The notes: generated by a model from the letters alone, not told the origin. A stretch of DNA of 64,000 nucleotides from an uncultured Actinomycetes bacterium (GCA_963537175.1 CAUTDS010000005.1:4002-68001); one strand, 5' to 3'. Shown: positions 11,262 through 20,776, counted from the first letter of the stretch. Numbers and translations: made by a program.

Positions 11262-12209
11262 ATGACATCCCTCGAAGCTCTCGTCCGCGACTGGGTGGAC
11301 TATCTGCGCGTTGAGAAAGGGGCGTCTGCGCATACAGTTTCGAACTATCGTCGCGACGTCGCCCGCTACGCGTTTGACATGAAGAGCCGTGGGAAGGCCA
11401 ACGTCGAAGACGTCAGTGCTTCGGACATTGAGGATTACACGATGCGCCTGGCATCTGGTCGGGTCACGGGAACTCCGGCCGCTGCCTCGTCGGTGGCGCG
11501 CGCGTCGGCGGCTATTCGCGGACTCCACAAGTACGCGATGACCGAGGGGGCTGTCGGAACCGACGCGGCTGCACAGTTGCATGCCCCGCGGCAGGGGCGC
11601 CACCTGCCCAAAGCCCTGTCCGTCGACGAAGTGGCACGGCTGCTGGACGCCGCCCACGCCGACGATTCTCCTATCGGCCTGCGCGACGCCGCCCTCCTCG
11701 AGCTGCTGTACGCGACGGGGGCCCGGGTCTCCGAGGCCGTCTCGCTCAGTGCCGACGACCTCGATCTGGACGGAGACGTTCCTGTCGTGCGCCTGTTCGG
11801 CAAAGGACGCAAAGAACGGATTGTTCCCGTGGGGTCGTTCGCCGTGGATGCCCTTGACGCATATCGGGTGCGTGCCCGCCCAGCGCTCGCCGCGCGAGGC
11901 CGGGGATCGACCGCGTTTTTCCTGAACTCTCGGGGAGGCGCGCTGTCTCGGCAGAGCGCATGGACTGCGATCCGGCGGGCGGCGCAGGCGGCGCAGCTGG
12001 GGGAGCGGGTGTCCCCACATACGCTGCGACACTCCTTTGCGACGCACCTGCTGGAAGGAGGCGCGTCCGTCCGTGAGGTGCAGGAGCTTCTTGGGCACGC
12101 ATCGGTGGCGACGACGCAGATCTACACCCAGGTGACAGCCCAGGCACTGCGGGAAGTATTCACGCTCTCGCACCCTCGGGCGCGTGGCACCGACGCATCC
12201 GCGCGGTGA
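11262..12209 (+). CDS. xerD: Site-specific tyrosine recombinase XerD
   Basis: C-terminal HTLRHSFATHLLEGGASVREVQELLGHASVATTQIYT catalytic region. Position upstream of parA-scpA-scpB matches the mycobacterial xerD locus. Confidence 0.85.
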   Translation: MTSLEALVRDWVDYLRVEKGASAHTVSNYRRDVARYAFDMKSRGKANVEDVSASDIEDYTMRLASGRVTGTPAAASSVARASAAIRGLHKYAMTEGAVGTDAAAQLHAPRQGRHLPKALSVDEVARLLDAAHADDSPIGLRDAALLELLYATGARVSEAVSLSADDLDLDGDVPVVRLFGKGRKERIVPVGSFAVDALDAYRVRARPALAARGRGSTAFFLNSRGGALSRQSAWTAIRRAAQAAQLGERVSPHTLRHSFATHLLEGGASVREVQELLGHASVATTQIYTQVTAQALREVFTLSHPRARGTDASAR

Positions 12210-12226
12210 TGAATTAAGATGGGGAC

Positions 12227-13090
12227 GTGACCATGAACTCGCACCCTACGCTGACGCCCGACCTGCACGAAGAGCCGGTCGATTTTCCCGTGCCCGCGCC
12301 GCTGACGGGGCATGGTCCCGCCCGTGTGATCGCGATGTGCAACCAGAAGGGCGGCGTCGGTAAGACGACCACCACCATTAACCTGGGTGCCGCGCTGGCT
12401 GAGTATGGTCGCCGTGTCTTGATCGTGGACTTCGACCCCCAGGGTGCTGCATCCGTGGGCCTGGGGATCAATGCACTCGACATGGAGCAGACGATCTACA
12501 CGCTGCTCATGAACCCGAAGGCGGACGTCAAGGCCACGATCTGCCACACGTCGACGGAGAATCTCGACATCATCCCCGCGAACATTGATCTGTCCGCGGC
12601 CGAGGTACAGCTGGTCAACGAGGTCGCTCGCGAGAGCGCCCTGGCCCGCGTCCTGCGACACGTCGAAGCCGACTACGACGTGGTCCTCATCGACTGCCAG
12701 CCCTCCCTTGGCCTGCTCGCTGTCAACGCTCTGACCGCCGCTCACGGCGTCATCGTCCCCGTGGAGGCGGAGTTTTTCGCGCTGCGCGGCGTGGCCCTGC
12801 TGGTCGAAACCATCGAGACGGTGCGCGATCGCATCAACCCGCGTCTGAAGATCGACGGCATCGTCGCCACGATGGTCGACTCGCGTACGCTGCACTCGCG
12901 CGAGGTCCTCCAGCGCCTGCATGAAGCTTTCGGCGACCTCGTGTTCGATACCCGTATCGGACGCACGATTAAGTTCCCGGACGCTTCCGTGGCCACCGAG
13001 CCGATCATTTCCTACGCTTCCAACCACGCGGGCGCTCACGCGTACCGTCGACTCGCGCGGGAAGTCATCGCCCGTGGCGACGCGGCCTGA
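12227..13090 (+). CDS. ParA/Soj-family ATPase (chromosomal, scpAB-associated)
   Basis: Deviant Walker A NQKGGVGKTTTT and a full ParA-like sequence. The start could instead be the ATG at 12233. Confidence 0.85.
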   Translation: MTMNSHPTLTPDLHEEPVDFPVPAPLTGHGPARVIAMCNQKGGVGKTTTTINLGAALAEYGRRVLIVDFDPQGAASVGLGINALDMEQTIYTLLMNPKADVKATICHTSTENLDIIPANIDLSAAEVQLVNEVARESALARVLRHVEADYDVVLIDCQPSLGLLAVNALTAAHGVIVPVEAEFFALRGVALLVETIETVRDRINPRLKIDGIVATMVDSRTLHSREVLQRLHEAFGDLVFDTRIGRTIKFPDASVATEPIISYASNHAGAHAYRRLAREVIARGDAA

Positions 13091-13952
13091 CAGCCTCGAG
13101 GTTCAGGGGGAGTTCGACCTCTTCGCGGTCTCGCTCCCGGTTTTCGAAGGTCCTTTCGATCTTCTGCTCTCGCTGATCGCGCGCAAGAAACTCGACATCA
13201 CCGAGGTCGCACTCGCGCAGGTGACCGACGAGTTCATCGCGTTCATGAAGGCGTCCCCGGACCTGTCGCGCACGACGGAATTCCTGGTCGTCGCCGCAAC
13301 CCTCCTGGACATGAAGGCCGCGCATTTGCTGCCTACCGTCGACGAGGAAGACAACGCGTCTGAGGCCGATCTGGAGGCCCGCGATCTCCTGTTCTCGCGG
13401 CTCCTGCAGTACCGGGCTTTCAAGGAAGCGGCGAAACATATCGACGAGCGGATGGGGGAGTACGGCTCGTACGTTGCCAGGGACGTGCCCCTCGAGCCTC
13501 ATTTTGCGACCCTTCTGCCCGAGCTTCGGTGGCGCACGACCCCTGAGGATCTAGCGCGCATGGCCGCGGATGCCCTGTCGTCGACGAGCCCGACGGTTCA
13601 GGTTGCCCACCTGCACGATCCGGTCGTGCCAGTGCGCGAGCAAGCCCTGCTCGTCTCGTCGATGCTCGCCGAGGCGGGGCGCATGACGTTCCATGACCTG
13701 GTCGAGGATGCGCCCACGCGTGCTGTCGTCGTCTCTCGCTTCCTCGCGCTCTTGGAACTCTACAGGCGCGGAGCCGTTGAGTTCGATCAAGACGGGGCGC
13801 TCGGCACGCTGACGATTCAGTGGACCGGCAGCGAGGGAAGCATCGACATCGACGTGGACGACTATACGGGTGCCGGCGACGTGGACTCAGCCACGGCCTC
13901 GTTCCCGCACGAGGTAGCGATTGCGACAGAAGGAGGAGAGGCCGATGAGTGA
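13074..13952 (+). CDS. scpA: Segregation and condensation protein A
   Basis: FEGPFDLLLSLIARKKLDITEVALAQVTDEF is a ScpA N-terminal signature. The GTG at 13074 overlaps the parA end, and this start is uncertain. Confidence 0.8.
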   Translation: MATRPDSLEVQGEFDLFAVSLPVFEGPFDLLLSLIARKKLDITEVALAQVTDEFIAFMKASPDLSRTTEFLVVAATLLDMKAAHLLPTVDEEDNASEADLEARDLLFSRLLQYRAFKEAAKHIDERMGEYGSYVARDVPLEPHFATLLPELRWRTTPEDLARMAADALSSTSPTVQVAHLHDPVVPVREQALLVSSMLAEAGRMTFHDLVEDAPTRAVVVSRFLALLELYRRGAVEFDQDGALGTLTIQWTGSEGSIDIDVDDYTGAGDVDSATASFPHEVAIATEGGEADE

Positions 13953-14505
13953 GAACACTCTGCGCGGTACGATCGAGGCGGTCCTGATGGTGGCTTCGGA
14001 GCCGGTTGCCGCGTCCGATCTCGCCGACGTGCTCGGAGCGAGCGTCGAGGAGATAGAGGCGCAGCTGCGGGCTCTCGCCGCCGAGTACCTGGGCGAGGGG
14101 CAGGATCGTCCGCGCGGTTTCGAGCTGCGCGAGGTGGCGGGTGGATGGCGCATCTACTCCGCGCGGGCTTACGCCGATGTCGTCGGGCGCTTTGTCGTCG
14201 GCTCGTCGCACGCGCGTTTGTCTCAGGCGGCGCTCGAAACGCTCGCGGTCATTGCATATCGTCAGCCCATTTCGAGGGCGCGAATCTGCCGTATTCGAGG
14301 GGTGAACGTGGACGGCGTGGTACGCACGCTGCTCGCCCGAGGCCTCGTGGAAGAGACGGGACTGACACCCTCCGGTGCGCGCCTGTACGGGACGACCGGG
14401 GAATTTCTTGAGAAAATGGGATTAACGAGCCTGTCGGAGCTGGTACCGTTGGCACCCTACCTGCCAGACGCCGACGCGCTGGATGAATTGGAGGAAGAAC
14501 TATGA
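13945..14505 (+). CDS. scpB: Segregation and condensation protein B
   Basis: IEAVLMVASEPV and QAALETLAVIAYRQPISRARI motifs. The ATG at 13945 follows GGAGGAGAGG and overlaps the scpA stop. Confidence 0.85.
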   Translation: MSENTLRGTIEAVLMVASEPVAASDLADVLGASVEEIEAQLRALAAEYLGEGQDRPRGFELREVAGGWRIYSARAYADVVGRFVVGSSHARLSQAALETLAVIAYRQPISRARICRIRGVNVDGVVRTLLARGLVEETGLTPSGARLYGTTGEFLEKMGLTSLSELVPLAPYLPDADALDELEEEL

Positions 14506-15251
14506 GGGCTAACCCCTACACCGAGGGTGGAGTGCGCCTGCAGAAGGTGCTCGCCCAGGCTGGCGTCGCATCCAGGCGCGCGTCCGAGCAGATGATCGCC
14601 GACGGCCGCGTCAGCGTTGACGGCACCGTGGTGCGCAACCAGGGTGTGCGCGTCGACCCGGCCAAGCAGGTCATTCATGTGGACGGTGAACGCCTGATCC
14701 TGGACGAGACGAAGCACATCGTCCTCGCGCTCAATAAGCCGATCGGCACTGTGTCCACGATGAGCGACCCGGAGGGGCGCCCGACCATCGCGGACCTGAT
14801 CGCCGACTACCCCGAGCGTTTGTACCACGTGGGTCGCCTCGACATCGATACGTCTGGCCTGCTGCTGCTGACGAATGACGGCGAGCTGGCGAACCGTCTG
14901 ACGCACCCCAAGTACGAGATCCGCAAGACCTACGTGGCGCGTCTGCACGGAGAGGTGAAGCCGGGCGTTAAGCGCACTCTCATGAATGGCATTGAGCTGG
15001 AGGACGGCCCGATCAAGGTTGATTCCTTCCGCATCGTCGACACCTACGGCGATATCACGACCGTCGAGATCGTCGTGCACGAGGGCCGTAACCGTCTCGT
15101 GCGCCGCATGATGGAGGCTGTCGGCTACCCGGTGCGCGAGCTCGTTCGCACGGGCTTCGGTCCGATCACCCTCGACCACCTCAAGCAGGGCACGACCCGC
15201 CGCGTGAAGGGCAACGCACTGAGCGCACTGTACGGGGCCGTTGGACTGTGA
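14502..15251 (+). CDS. rluB: 23S rRNA pseudouridine synthase RluB family (S4 domain + RsuA/RluB catalytic domain)
   Basis: An S4-like N-terminus (RLQKVLAQAGVASRRASEQMI) and the catalytic GRLDIDTSGLLLLTNDG motif. ATGA overlap with the scpB stop. Confidence 0.85.
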   Translation: MRANPYTEGGVRLQKVLAQAGVASRRASEQMIADGRVSVDGTVVRNQGVRVDPAKQVIHVDGERLILDETKHIVLALNKPIGTVSTMSDPEGRPTIADLIADYPERLYHVGRLDIDTSGLLLLTNDGELANRLTHPKYEIRKTYVARLHGEVKPGVKRTLMNGIELEDGPIKVDSFRIVDTYGDITTVEIVVHEGRNRLVRRMMEAVGYPVRELVRTGFGPITLDHLKQGTTRRVKGNALSALYGAVGL

Positions 15252-16447
15252 ACACCTCTGACGGCGTCGGCGCGCGCGTCGTGCAAACGGCAGGGCCTGT
15301 CCTCATCATCGGATCGGGTCTGCTGGGGGCGTCGCTGGGTCTGGCGCTGCGGGCCGGGGGAGTGCGCGTCTATCTCGAGGATGCGTCGCCCACCTCGCTG
15401 CGTCTGGCCTCCGACGTGGGCGCCGGGCAGGCGTTCGGTGACGTCCTTGCCGAGGCCGGGGTACGCCCGAGCGACTGTGGCTCGGATACGCCGTCCTACA
15501 AGGCGCCTTCCATTGTCGTCGTCGCGACGCCCCCGGATGTCGCTGACCGTGTGATCGTCGACTCGCTGCTGCGTTTTCCAGATGCGATCGTCACCGATGT
15601 CGCCTCGGTGAAGGACGCGGTTGTCGCGGATGTCCTGCGCGGATTGGAACGCGAGGATTGTGTGGAAGCGGCCTCACGCTACGTTGGTTCGCACCCGATG
15701 GCCGGTCGCGAACGGAGCGGGGCCGGCGCTGCCGATGCCGACCTGTTCTACGGACGCCCATGGGTGATCGTTGCGCACGAGTCGACGTGGCCGCGCGCGG
15801 TGCTGGTTGCGCGTGCGCTGGCAACGGACGTCGGTGCTGTGCCTCTCGAGATGGATGCGGGCACGCATGACCATGCCGTCGCTCTCGTATCCCACGTTCC
15901 GCAGCTGGTGTCGTCGATGCTCGCCGCGCGCCTTGTTGATGCCCCCGCCCAGGCGCTGGGTCTGGCGGGGCAGGGGCTGCGCGATACCGCCCGTATTGCG
16001 GCGTCCGACCCGCGCCTGTGGACGGCGATTCTGGCAGGCAATGCGGGTCCGGTCGCGCACATCCTGCGCGAGCTACGCACAGACCTCGATGACTTGCTCA
16101 CGCACCTCGACGCGGCGGCTGAACTTGGTCCCCTGCGTGGCGGTTCCGTGGGTGCGATTAATCGTGTGATGACCGCGGGTAACCAAGGCGTTTGCCGTAT
16201 TCCCGGCAAGCACGGAGGCGCGCCTTCTCGATACCGCGAGATCGAGGTGCTCATCCCCGATGAGCCGGGCGCTCTCGGTCGGCTTTTCGGCGAGCTTGGC
16301 GAGGCAGGTATTAACATCGAAGACTTGGTTCTGGAGCACTCCGCGGGCGCACAGGCAGGCGTTGCCCGCGTCATGATTGACCCGGCGGTCGCTGACCGCG
16401 CCGTCGCCGACCTGCAACTGCGGGGTTGGCGACTCATCACCCACTAA
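15248..16447 (+). CDS. tyrA: Prephenate dehydrogenase with C-terminal ACT-like domain
   Basis: IIGSGLLGASLGLAL Rossmann motif and the GSHPMAGRE motif. GTGA overlap with the rluB stop. Confidence 0.8.
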   Translation: MNTSDGVGARVVQTAGPVLIIGSGLLGASLGLALRAGGVRVYLEDASPTSLRLASDVGAGQAFGDVLAEAGVRPSDCGSDTPSYKAPSIVVVATPPDVADRVIVDSLLRFPDAIVTDVASVKDAVVADVLRGLEREDCVEAASRYVGSHPMAGRERSGAGAADADLFYGRPWVIVAHESTWPRAVLVARALATDVGAVPLEMDAGTHDHAVALVSHVPQLVSSMLAARLVDAPAQALGLAGQGLRDTARIAASDPRLWTAILAGNAGPVAHILRELRTDLDDLLTHLDAAAELGPLRGGSVGAINRVMTAGNQGVCRIPGKHGGAPSRYREIEVLIPDEPGALGRLFGELGEAGINIEDLVLEHSAGAQAGVARVMIDPAVADRAVADLQLRGWRLITH

Positions 16448-16473
16448 ACGACCTCGGTGAGGAGAACGTTTTG

Positions 16474-17208
16474 ATGAACGACACGATGCGTCGAGACGCG
16501 ATTTCGCGCGTCGGCATGACGATTGCCATCGATGGGCCGGCCGGTTCGGGCAAGTCCACGGTCTCGAAGGCTCTGGCGAGCCGCCTCGGCATCGGCTACC
16601 TCGATACGGGCGCCATGTACCGCGCGCTCACGTGGTACTGCCTGGACGAAGGCATTGATCTCGAGGACACAGCAGCGGTCGCCGCGGCGGCCGATCGCAT
16701 GCCGCTGCGCCTCGTGTCGGATCCTTCGGATCCGCACGTGTGGATCGGTGATCGTGAGATCACCCTCGAGATTCGCGAGCCGCGTATCGCCCTGGCGATC
16801 AAGCACATCTCAACGAATCGCGACGTGCGCGCGTGGATGGCGACGGAGCAGCGTCGTCGAATGATGGAGGCCCGCGAGGAGGGTTCCGGCATGATCGCTG
16901 AAGGGCGCGACATCACGACCGTCGTCTGCCCCGATGCGGATGTGCGTGTTCTGTTGCTCGCCGATCAGGAGGCCCGTCTGCGTCGCCGGACACTCGAACT
17001 CTATGGGGATGCGACCGATGAGCACATGGAGATCGTGCGGGCACAGGTCGAGGGCCGTGACAAGGCGGATTCTCAGGTCTCTGAGTTCATGGTGGCCGCT
17101 CCCGGTGTCGAGACCGTGGACTCCACGGGACTCGATATCGAAGGCGTGTGTGAGGCCGTCCTGGTCTTCGTTGACCGTGATCTCGAGGCACGCGATGCCC
17201 CGCGCTGA
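16474..17208 (+). CDS. cmk: Cytidylate kinase
   Basis: IAIDGPAGSGKSTVSKALA P-loop and the YLDTGAMYRA motif. The ATG at 16474 follows GAGGAG. Confidence 0.9.
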   Translation: MNDTMRRDAISRVGMTIAIDGPAGSGKSTVSKALASRLGIGYLDTGAMYRALTWYCLDEGIDLEDTAAVAAAADRMPLRLVSDPSDPHVWIGDREITLEIREPRIALAIKHISTNRDVRAWMATEQRRRMMEAREEGSGMIAEGRDITTVVCPDADVRVLLLADQEARLRRRTLELYGDATDEHMEIVRAQVEGRDKADSQVSEFMVAAPGVETVDSTGLDIEGVCEAVLVFVDRDLEARDAPR

Positions 17209-17224
17209 GAGTGAGCAACAGTAT

Positions 17225-17264
17225 ACGTGAGTGCCCCGCACCAACCGGTGCGGGGCACTCACGT
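17225..17264. terminator. Bidirectional 17-bp hairpin between the convergent cmk and the membrane-protein gene
   Basis: acgtgagtgccccgcac-caaccg-gtgcggggcactcacgt. Confidence 0.5.
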
Positions 17265-17272
17265 ATTCCGTG

Positions 17273-17806
17273 TCAGAATCCTGTTCCGTAGGGTCCTTGA
17301 TTACCCTGTGCGCTACTGGAAGGATAGCCACCCTGCTGGTTGCCGTACGTTCCGGTGCCGTACGCCTGGGAGCCGGGCTGCGGCGTACCTGCCTGCGGGT
17401 AGCCGGTGCCGTAGGTGCTCGCTGTGACGCCGTACTGCGGCCCATTGGGGCCGTTGAAGGCCGTCGGTGCGGTCGAGTTACGCTGCGTACTCTTAAATAT
17501 CGCGTAACGTACCAGGAAGCCACCGCCGACGATGAGGACTGTCAGCACGAGTATGATGATGTTGACGACGGGGTTCTTGGAATGCGCACGGATTCGGATG
17601 CGCTTCGTTGGCATCGTCACGGCCTGCGTCTGTGCGCGCGTTCCTGCAGCGACGGAGGCAGGGGCATATGCGGGAGCGTTTGAAGACACACTCACCGTCG
17701 GGCTCGCCACAGCAGACGGTCCCTGTGTAGCGATTGCGGGTGCGATGAAGCCTGCGGCTGCCAGAGCAAGGCTTGCCGTGACAGAGAGAAGACGTCGACT
17801 GGTCAT
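17273..17806 (-). CDS. Hypothetical membrane protein with signal-peptide-like N-terminus, one internal TM helix and a Gly/Tyr/Gln/Pro-rich tail
   Basis: The start is inferred at MTSRRLLSVTASLALAAAGFIAPA. The TM helix is VVNIIILVLTVLIVGGGFLV. The C-terminal tail carries three YGTG repeats. I recognised no family. Confidence 0.5.
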   Translation of the reverse strand: MTSRRLLSVTASLALAAAGFIAPAIATQGPSAVASPTVSVSSNAPAYAPASVAAGTRAQTQAVTMPTKRIRIRAHSKNPVVNIIILVLTVLIVGGGFLVRYAIFKSTQRNSTAPTAFNGPNGPQYGVTASTYGTGYPQAGTPQPGSQAYGTGTYGNQQGGYPSSSAQGNQGPYGTGF

Positions 17807-17963
17807 TGAATTAACTCTCGTGGATGCATGTTGTGTGGACAGGGGATAGTGTAGCCGCCTCCTGCGCGCCGACTCACTCGTTCCGTTTTCTGACATGTGA
17901 CGCGGGGAAACTCCAGCAAGAGCCCTTCGCGCCGCTAGTGTGTCGCGGCGCACGTAGGTCGGC

Positions 17964-17993
17964 TTGCCTCTGCTCGGGAAGATGCGCTATAGT
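17964..17993 (+). promoter_or_regulatory. Candidate sigma-70-type promoter for tRNA-Pro
   Basis: TTGCCT-N18-TATAGT, ending about 30 nt before the tRNA 5' end. Confidence 0.35.
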
Positions 17994-18024
17994 TCTACAG
18001 GTCGCCACGGCGACGAACTGAATA

Positions 18025-18098
<74 letters not shown>

Positions 18099-18105
18099 CG
18101 ATAAG

Positions 18106-18137
18106 AACCGCGAGAATTCCTTTCTCGCGGTTTTTTG
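18106..18137 (+). terminator. Intrinsic terminator after tRNA-Pro
   Basis: aaccgcgagaa-ttcc-tttctcgcggtt followed by ttttt. Confidence 0.7.
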
Positions 18138-18566
18138 TATGCAATGAACGGCTGTTGGTGCGCCGGGGATCGGTGAGGACCTCGGTCCCTGGTCGGCCAG
18201 AGCTGTTCGTTTGTAACCGAAATGTGATGCAAAATTTTTTTCTTTTATTTCGGCTGGTAGATTGCGGTTTTCCGCTAATCTGTCACCCATTTATGCAGGC
18301 TGGAGGGCTGATGAGCGTTCAATGAATCGGTCACACGTCTTTCAATCACTGCAGTAAACTGTTTCACAGGTCGAAGTCGTCAACGGGGATGATTTCGACC
18401 TGCTTACCTATGCGGCCACTGCGGTGGTCATGCACAGCCAGCGGATCAAACAACGCGCAGAGTTCCGGTCAGTCCATGAACCTCGCGAGCTGCCCCGATG
18501 CGCACCCCGGCCTCGTCCAATGAAGAACGAGGTCGGGGCTGGATCGCACGTGGAGCGTTGCGACGG

Positions 18567-19361
18567 TCACTTGGATGTCTGCGCCTTCGCGTCGGTACCC
18601 TCTGCTGCGAAGTCCTCAAGGGTGGGAGCCTCAGAATCCGGATTCTGGAACTCGGTCACTGTCGTCACCTCTGTGACTGCTGGATCAGACACCGTCATTG
18701 CGGTTGTGTGACCCGTCTGATCGATGATGTTGAGCCGGTTGTCGGCGTCAAGTTCGACAACGAAGAGGTCTTCCACTTCGCCGGCGCCCGCCGACGAAAG
18801 TTCTGCGCGCAACCACTCCTCGTCGCGATGTGCCAACTTGAGGTTGTCGGTCACGACCTGCCCTTTGGACACCAGGACGTAGTTGACGCCGCCCTCGCCC
18901 TTGCGCCGTACCGTCAGGGAGCCGTTGGCTTCGCGTTGTACGAGGCTGATGTCGCTGAGCGAAAAAATGCCCATGCCGCGTAGCTCTGCGAGAAACTCGA
19001 CGGGGTCGAGCTTGTGATCCGTGTTGTCGAGCGCGTCCTGAGTAAATCGCCCGCCCTCGATGATCGTGTACGCCTTTCCCATCACGAGCGAGCGGGTCGA
19101 CATGAACTTCGACGTCAGGTAGTTCAGGCCGGAGATGATTCCAAAGGTGACGAGCAGGAAGCTGATGTACTCCGCGAACGAGATTGCGTGGTTGTAGATG
19201 ACGCCGCCGATAACGCCACCGAGGATAAAGTTCCCGATAAAGTCGATCGGTGTCAGCTGGACCGTCTGCTGCTTGCCCGTGAGGCGCAGGTGGAGGACGA
19301 TCAGGGTGATACCGATCAGGAGCTTAAAGACCGTCATTTCGAAACCATGAAAATCGAACAT
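18567..19361 (-). CDS. DUF421 (YetF-like) membrane protein
   Basis: N-terminal TM helices. RLTGKQQTVQLTPIDFIGNFILG matches the DUF421 signature as I remember it. The C-terminal tail is acidic. GC is lower than in the neighbouring genes. Confidence 0.7.
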   Translation of the reverse strand: MFDFHGFEMTVFKLLIGITLIVLHLRLTGKQQTVQLTPIDFIGNFILGGVIGGVIYNHAISFAEYISFLLVTFGIISGLNYLTSKFMSTRSLVMGKAYTIIEGGRFTQDALDNTDHKLDPVEFLAELRGMGIFSLSDISLVQREANGSLTVRRKGEGGVNYVLVSKGQVVTDNLKLAHRDEEWLRAELSSAGAGEVEDLFVVELDADNRLNIIDQTGHTTAMTVSDPAVTEVTTVTEFQNPDSEAPTLEDFAAEGTDAKAQTSK

Positions 19362-19407
19362 GACGCCACTCTATTTGCAAGTGGCAGGGTTTTACCCCGC
19401 AGTGTGA

Positions 19408-19920
19408 TCAGCTCGTCGGATCCGCGTCGATGGCTCCCTGAATATCGTGGAAGAGCAGGTTGGAGATCTCGACCTGAACCGTCTCAACCTTCGGCACGTC
19501 GCGCAGCAGCAACGGGTCATCCGCGGAGGTCTGAAGGGCGAGGGTTCCGCATCCGAAGATTCGGTCGTCGAAATCCTTTTCGATCTGGATGTCGGAGATA
19601 CGGGTGAGCGGTAGGTCATGGCCGGTGCGCTTGATGATGCCGGTCCGGGTGATGACCCGCTTGGTCGTCACCGTGTAGGTCGTTGTGATCCACTTGATCC
19701 AGGGAACAAGAATGAGTGGAATCGACAGGAGGAGGACGGCGATCCAGATGGTCGGAAGCGCCCAGTAGCGCGCGTTCTCGGGAACGTAGAAAGAACCGAC
19801 AGCCGCCGCGATAACGAGGATTGACTCCACGATGATCGCTGGAAGAAGAGTCTTGATGTGCGTGTGCATATGCCGGACGACGACTTCGTCCTGGCTGAGG
19901 AGTTTTTTCGACAGAGCCAT
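19408..19920 (-). CDS. Bacterial PH-domain (bPH_2/YdbS-like, DUF304) membrane protein
   Basis: Two TM helices followed by TYTVTTKRVITRTGIIKRTGHDLPLTRISDIQIEKDFDDRIFGCGTL, typical of bPH_2. The ATG at 19920 was chosen; the track extension upstream is Arg-rich junk. Confidence 0.7.
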   Translation of the reverse strand: MALSKKLLSQDEVVVRHMHTHIKTLLPAIIVESILVIAAAVGSFYVPENARYWALPTIWIAVLLLSIPLILVPWIKWITTTYTVTTKRVITRTGIIKRTGHDLPLTRISDIQIEKDFDDRIFGCGTLALQTSADDPLLLRDVPKVETVQVEISNLLFHDIQGAIDADPTS

Positions 19921-19979
19921 GACACCATCATGCCAGATCTTTCGGGAGAGTGAGGACGCCTGCATCGGCAGTCGGTGCT

Positions 19980-20615
19980 TTACCGTGGCCTGCGGTGTGT
20001 TCCGATGATATCGGTGTTGACGATGCCGATCGCCGCCATGAGCGCGAGCATTGTCGTCGGGCCGACGAAACGGAATCCTCTGGCTTTCAGGTCCTTGGCA
20101 AGCGCCACCGATTCTGGCAGCTGCGTCGGTACCTCGCCCTGTGAACGCGGAAGCGGATCGCATGTCGGGCGATACGACCAGACAAGTTCGCCCAGGTGGG
20201 CGGGCCCATGCGAGCTGTCGCCGGTGCTGCGCATCGTGACTGTCGCGCGAGCGTTAGCGATCGCCGCCTCGATCTTGCGGCGGTTACGAATGATCCCGGG
20301 TGCGCTCATGAGACGGTCGACGTCGTCAGTTGTGAAGGCGGTGACGCGGTCGGGAATAAAACCCTCAAAGGCCTCCCGAAAAGCCTCGCGTTTTGCCAGG
20401 ACCGTGCGCCAGGAGAGGCCAGCCTGGAATCCCTCCAACACGAGGCGTTCGAAGACGCCCGCCTCGTCGTGGATCGGCAGGCCCCACTCGGTGTCGTAGT
20501 AGCTACGTAACAGCTCGTCATGGGAGGCCCACGTGGGCCGGACGAGTCCGTCGTCGCACAGCGTGAGGCCTGAGGCTAGGGGCGGAACTGCGGATTGTGT
20601 CGGTGTTGTGTCCAT
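19980..20615 (-). CDS. tag: DNA-3-methyladenine glycosylase I
   Basis: YYDTEWGLPIHDEAGVFERLVLEGFQAGLSWRTVLAKREAFREAF and GIIRNRRKIEA are Tag signatures. Start inferred at the ATG at 20615. Confidence 0.85.
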   Translation of the reverse strand: MDTTPTQSAVPPLASGLTLCDDGLVRPTWASHDELLRSYYDTEWGLPIHDEAGVFERLVLEGFQAGLSWRTVLAKREAFREAFEGFIPDRVTAFTTDDVDRLMSAPGIIRNRRKIEAAIANARATVTMRSTGDSSHGPAHLGELVWSYRPTCDPLPRSQGEVPTQLPESVALAKDLKARGFRFVGPTTMLALMAAIGIVNTDIIGTHRRPR

Positions 20616-20776
20616 ACGTCGATCCTGCGTGAGCGGCGTCCAACGGTCAAGCGACAACATCGAGGCCTGTGGATAACGGCGATGGGCGACACGCCCCTGT
20701 GGAAACACGCCGGGGGAGTGGCAGGTATGGGGTGGCCCGCCTCCCTGGGGAAGCGGGTCACTTGGGTCCAGTGTCC

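Noticed and set aside
12227-13090. ParA ATPase as a plasmid or phage partition gene
   Set aside because: It sits in the conserved chromosomal xerD-parA-scpA-scpB-rluB-cmk string known from mycobacteria, with no parB or other mobile-element genes nearby.
18364-18453. 29-codon minus-strand ORF as a real small gene or pseudogene feature
   Set aside because: It is too short, has a TTG start, no RBS and no recognisable family. I mention it only inside the spacer finding.
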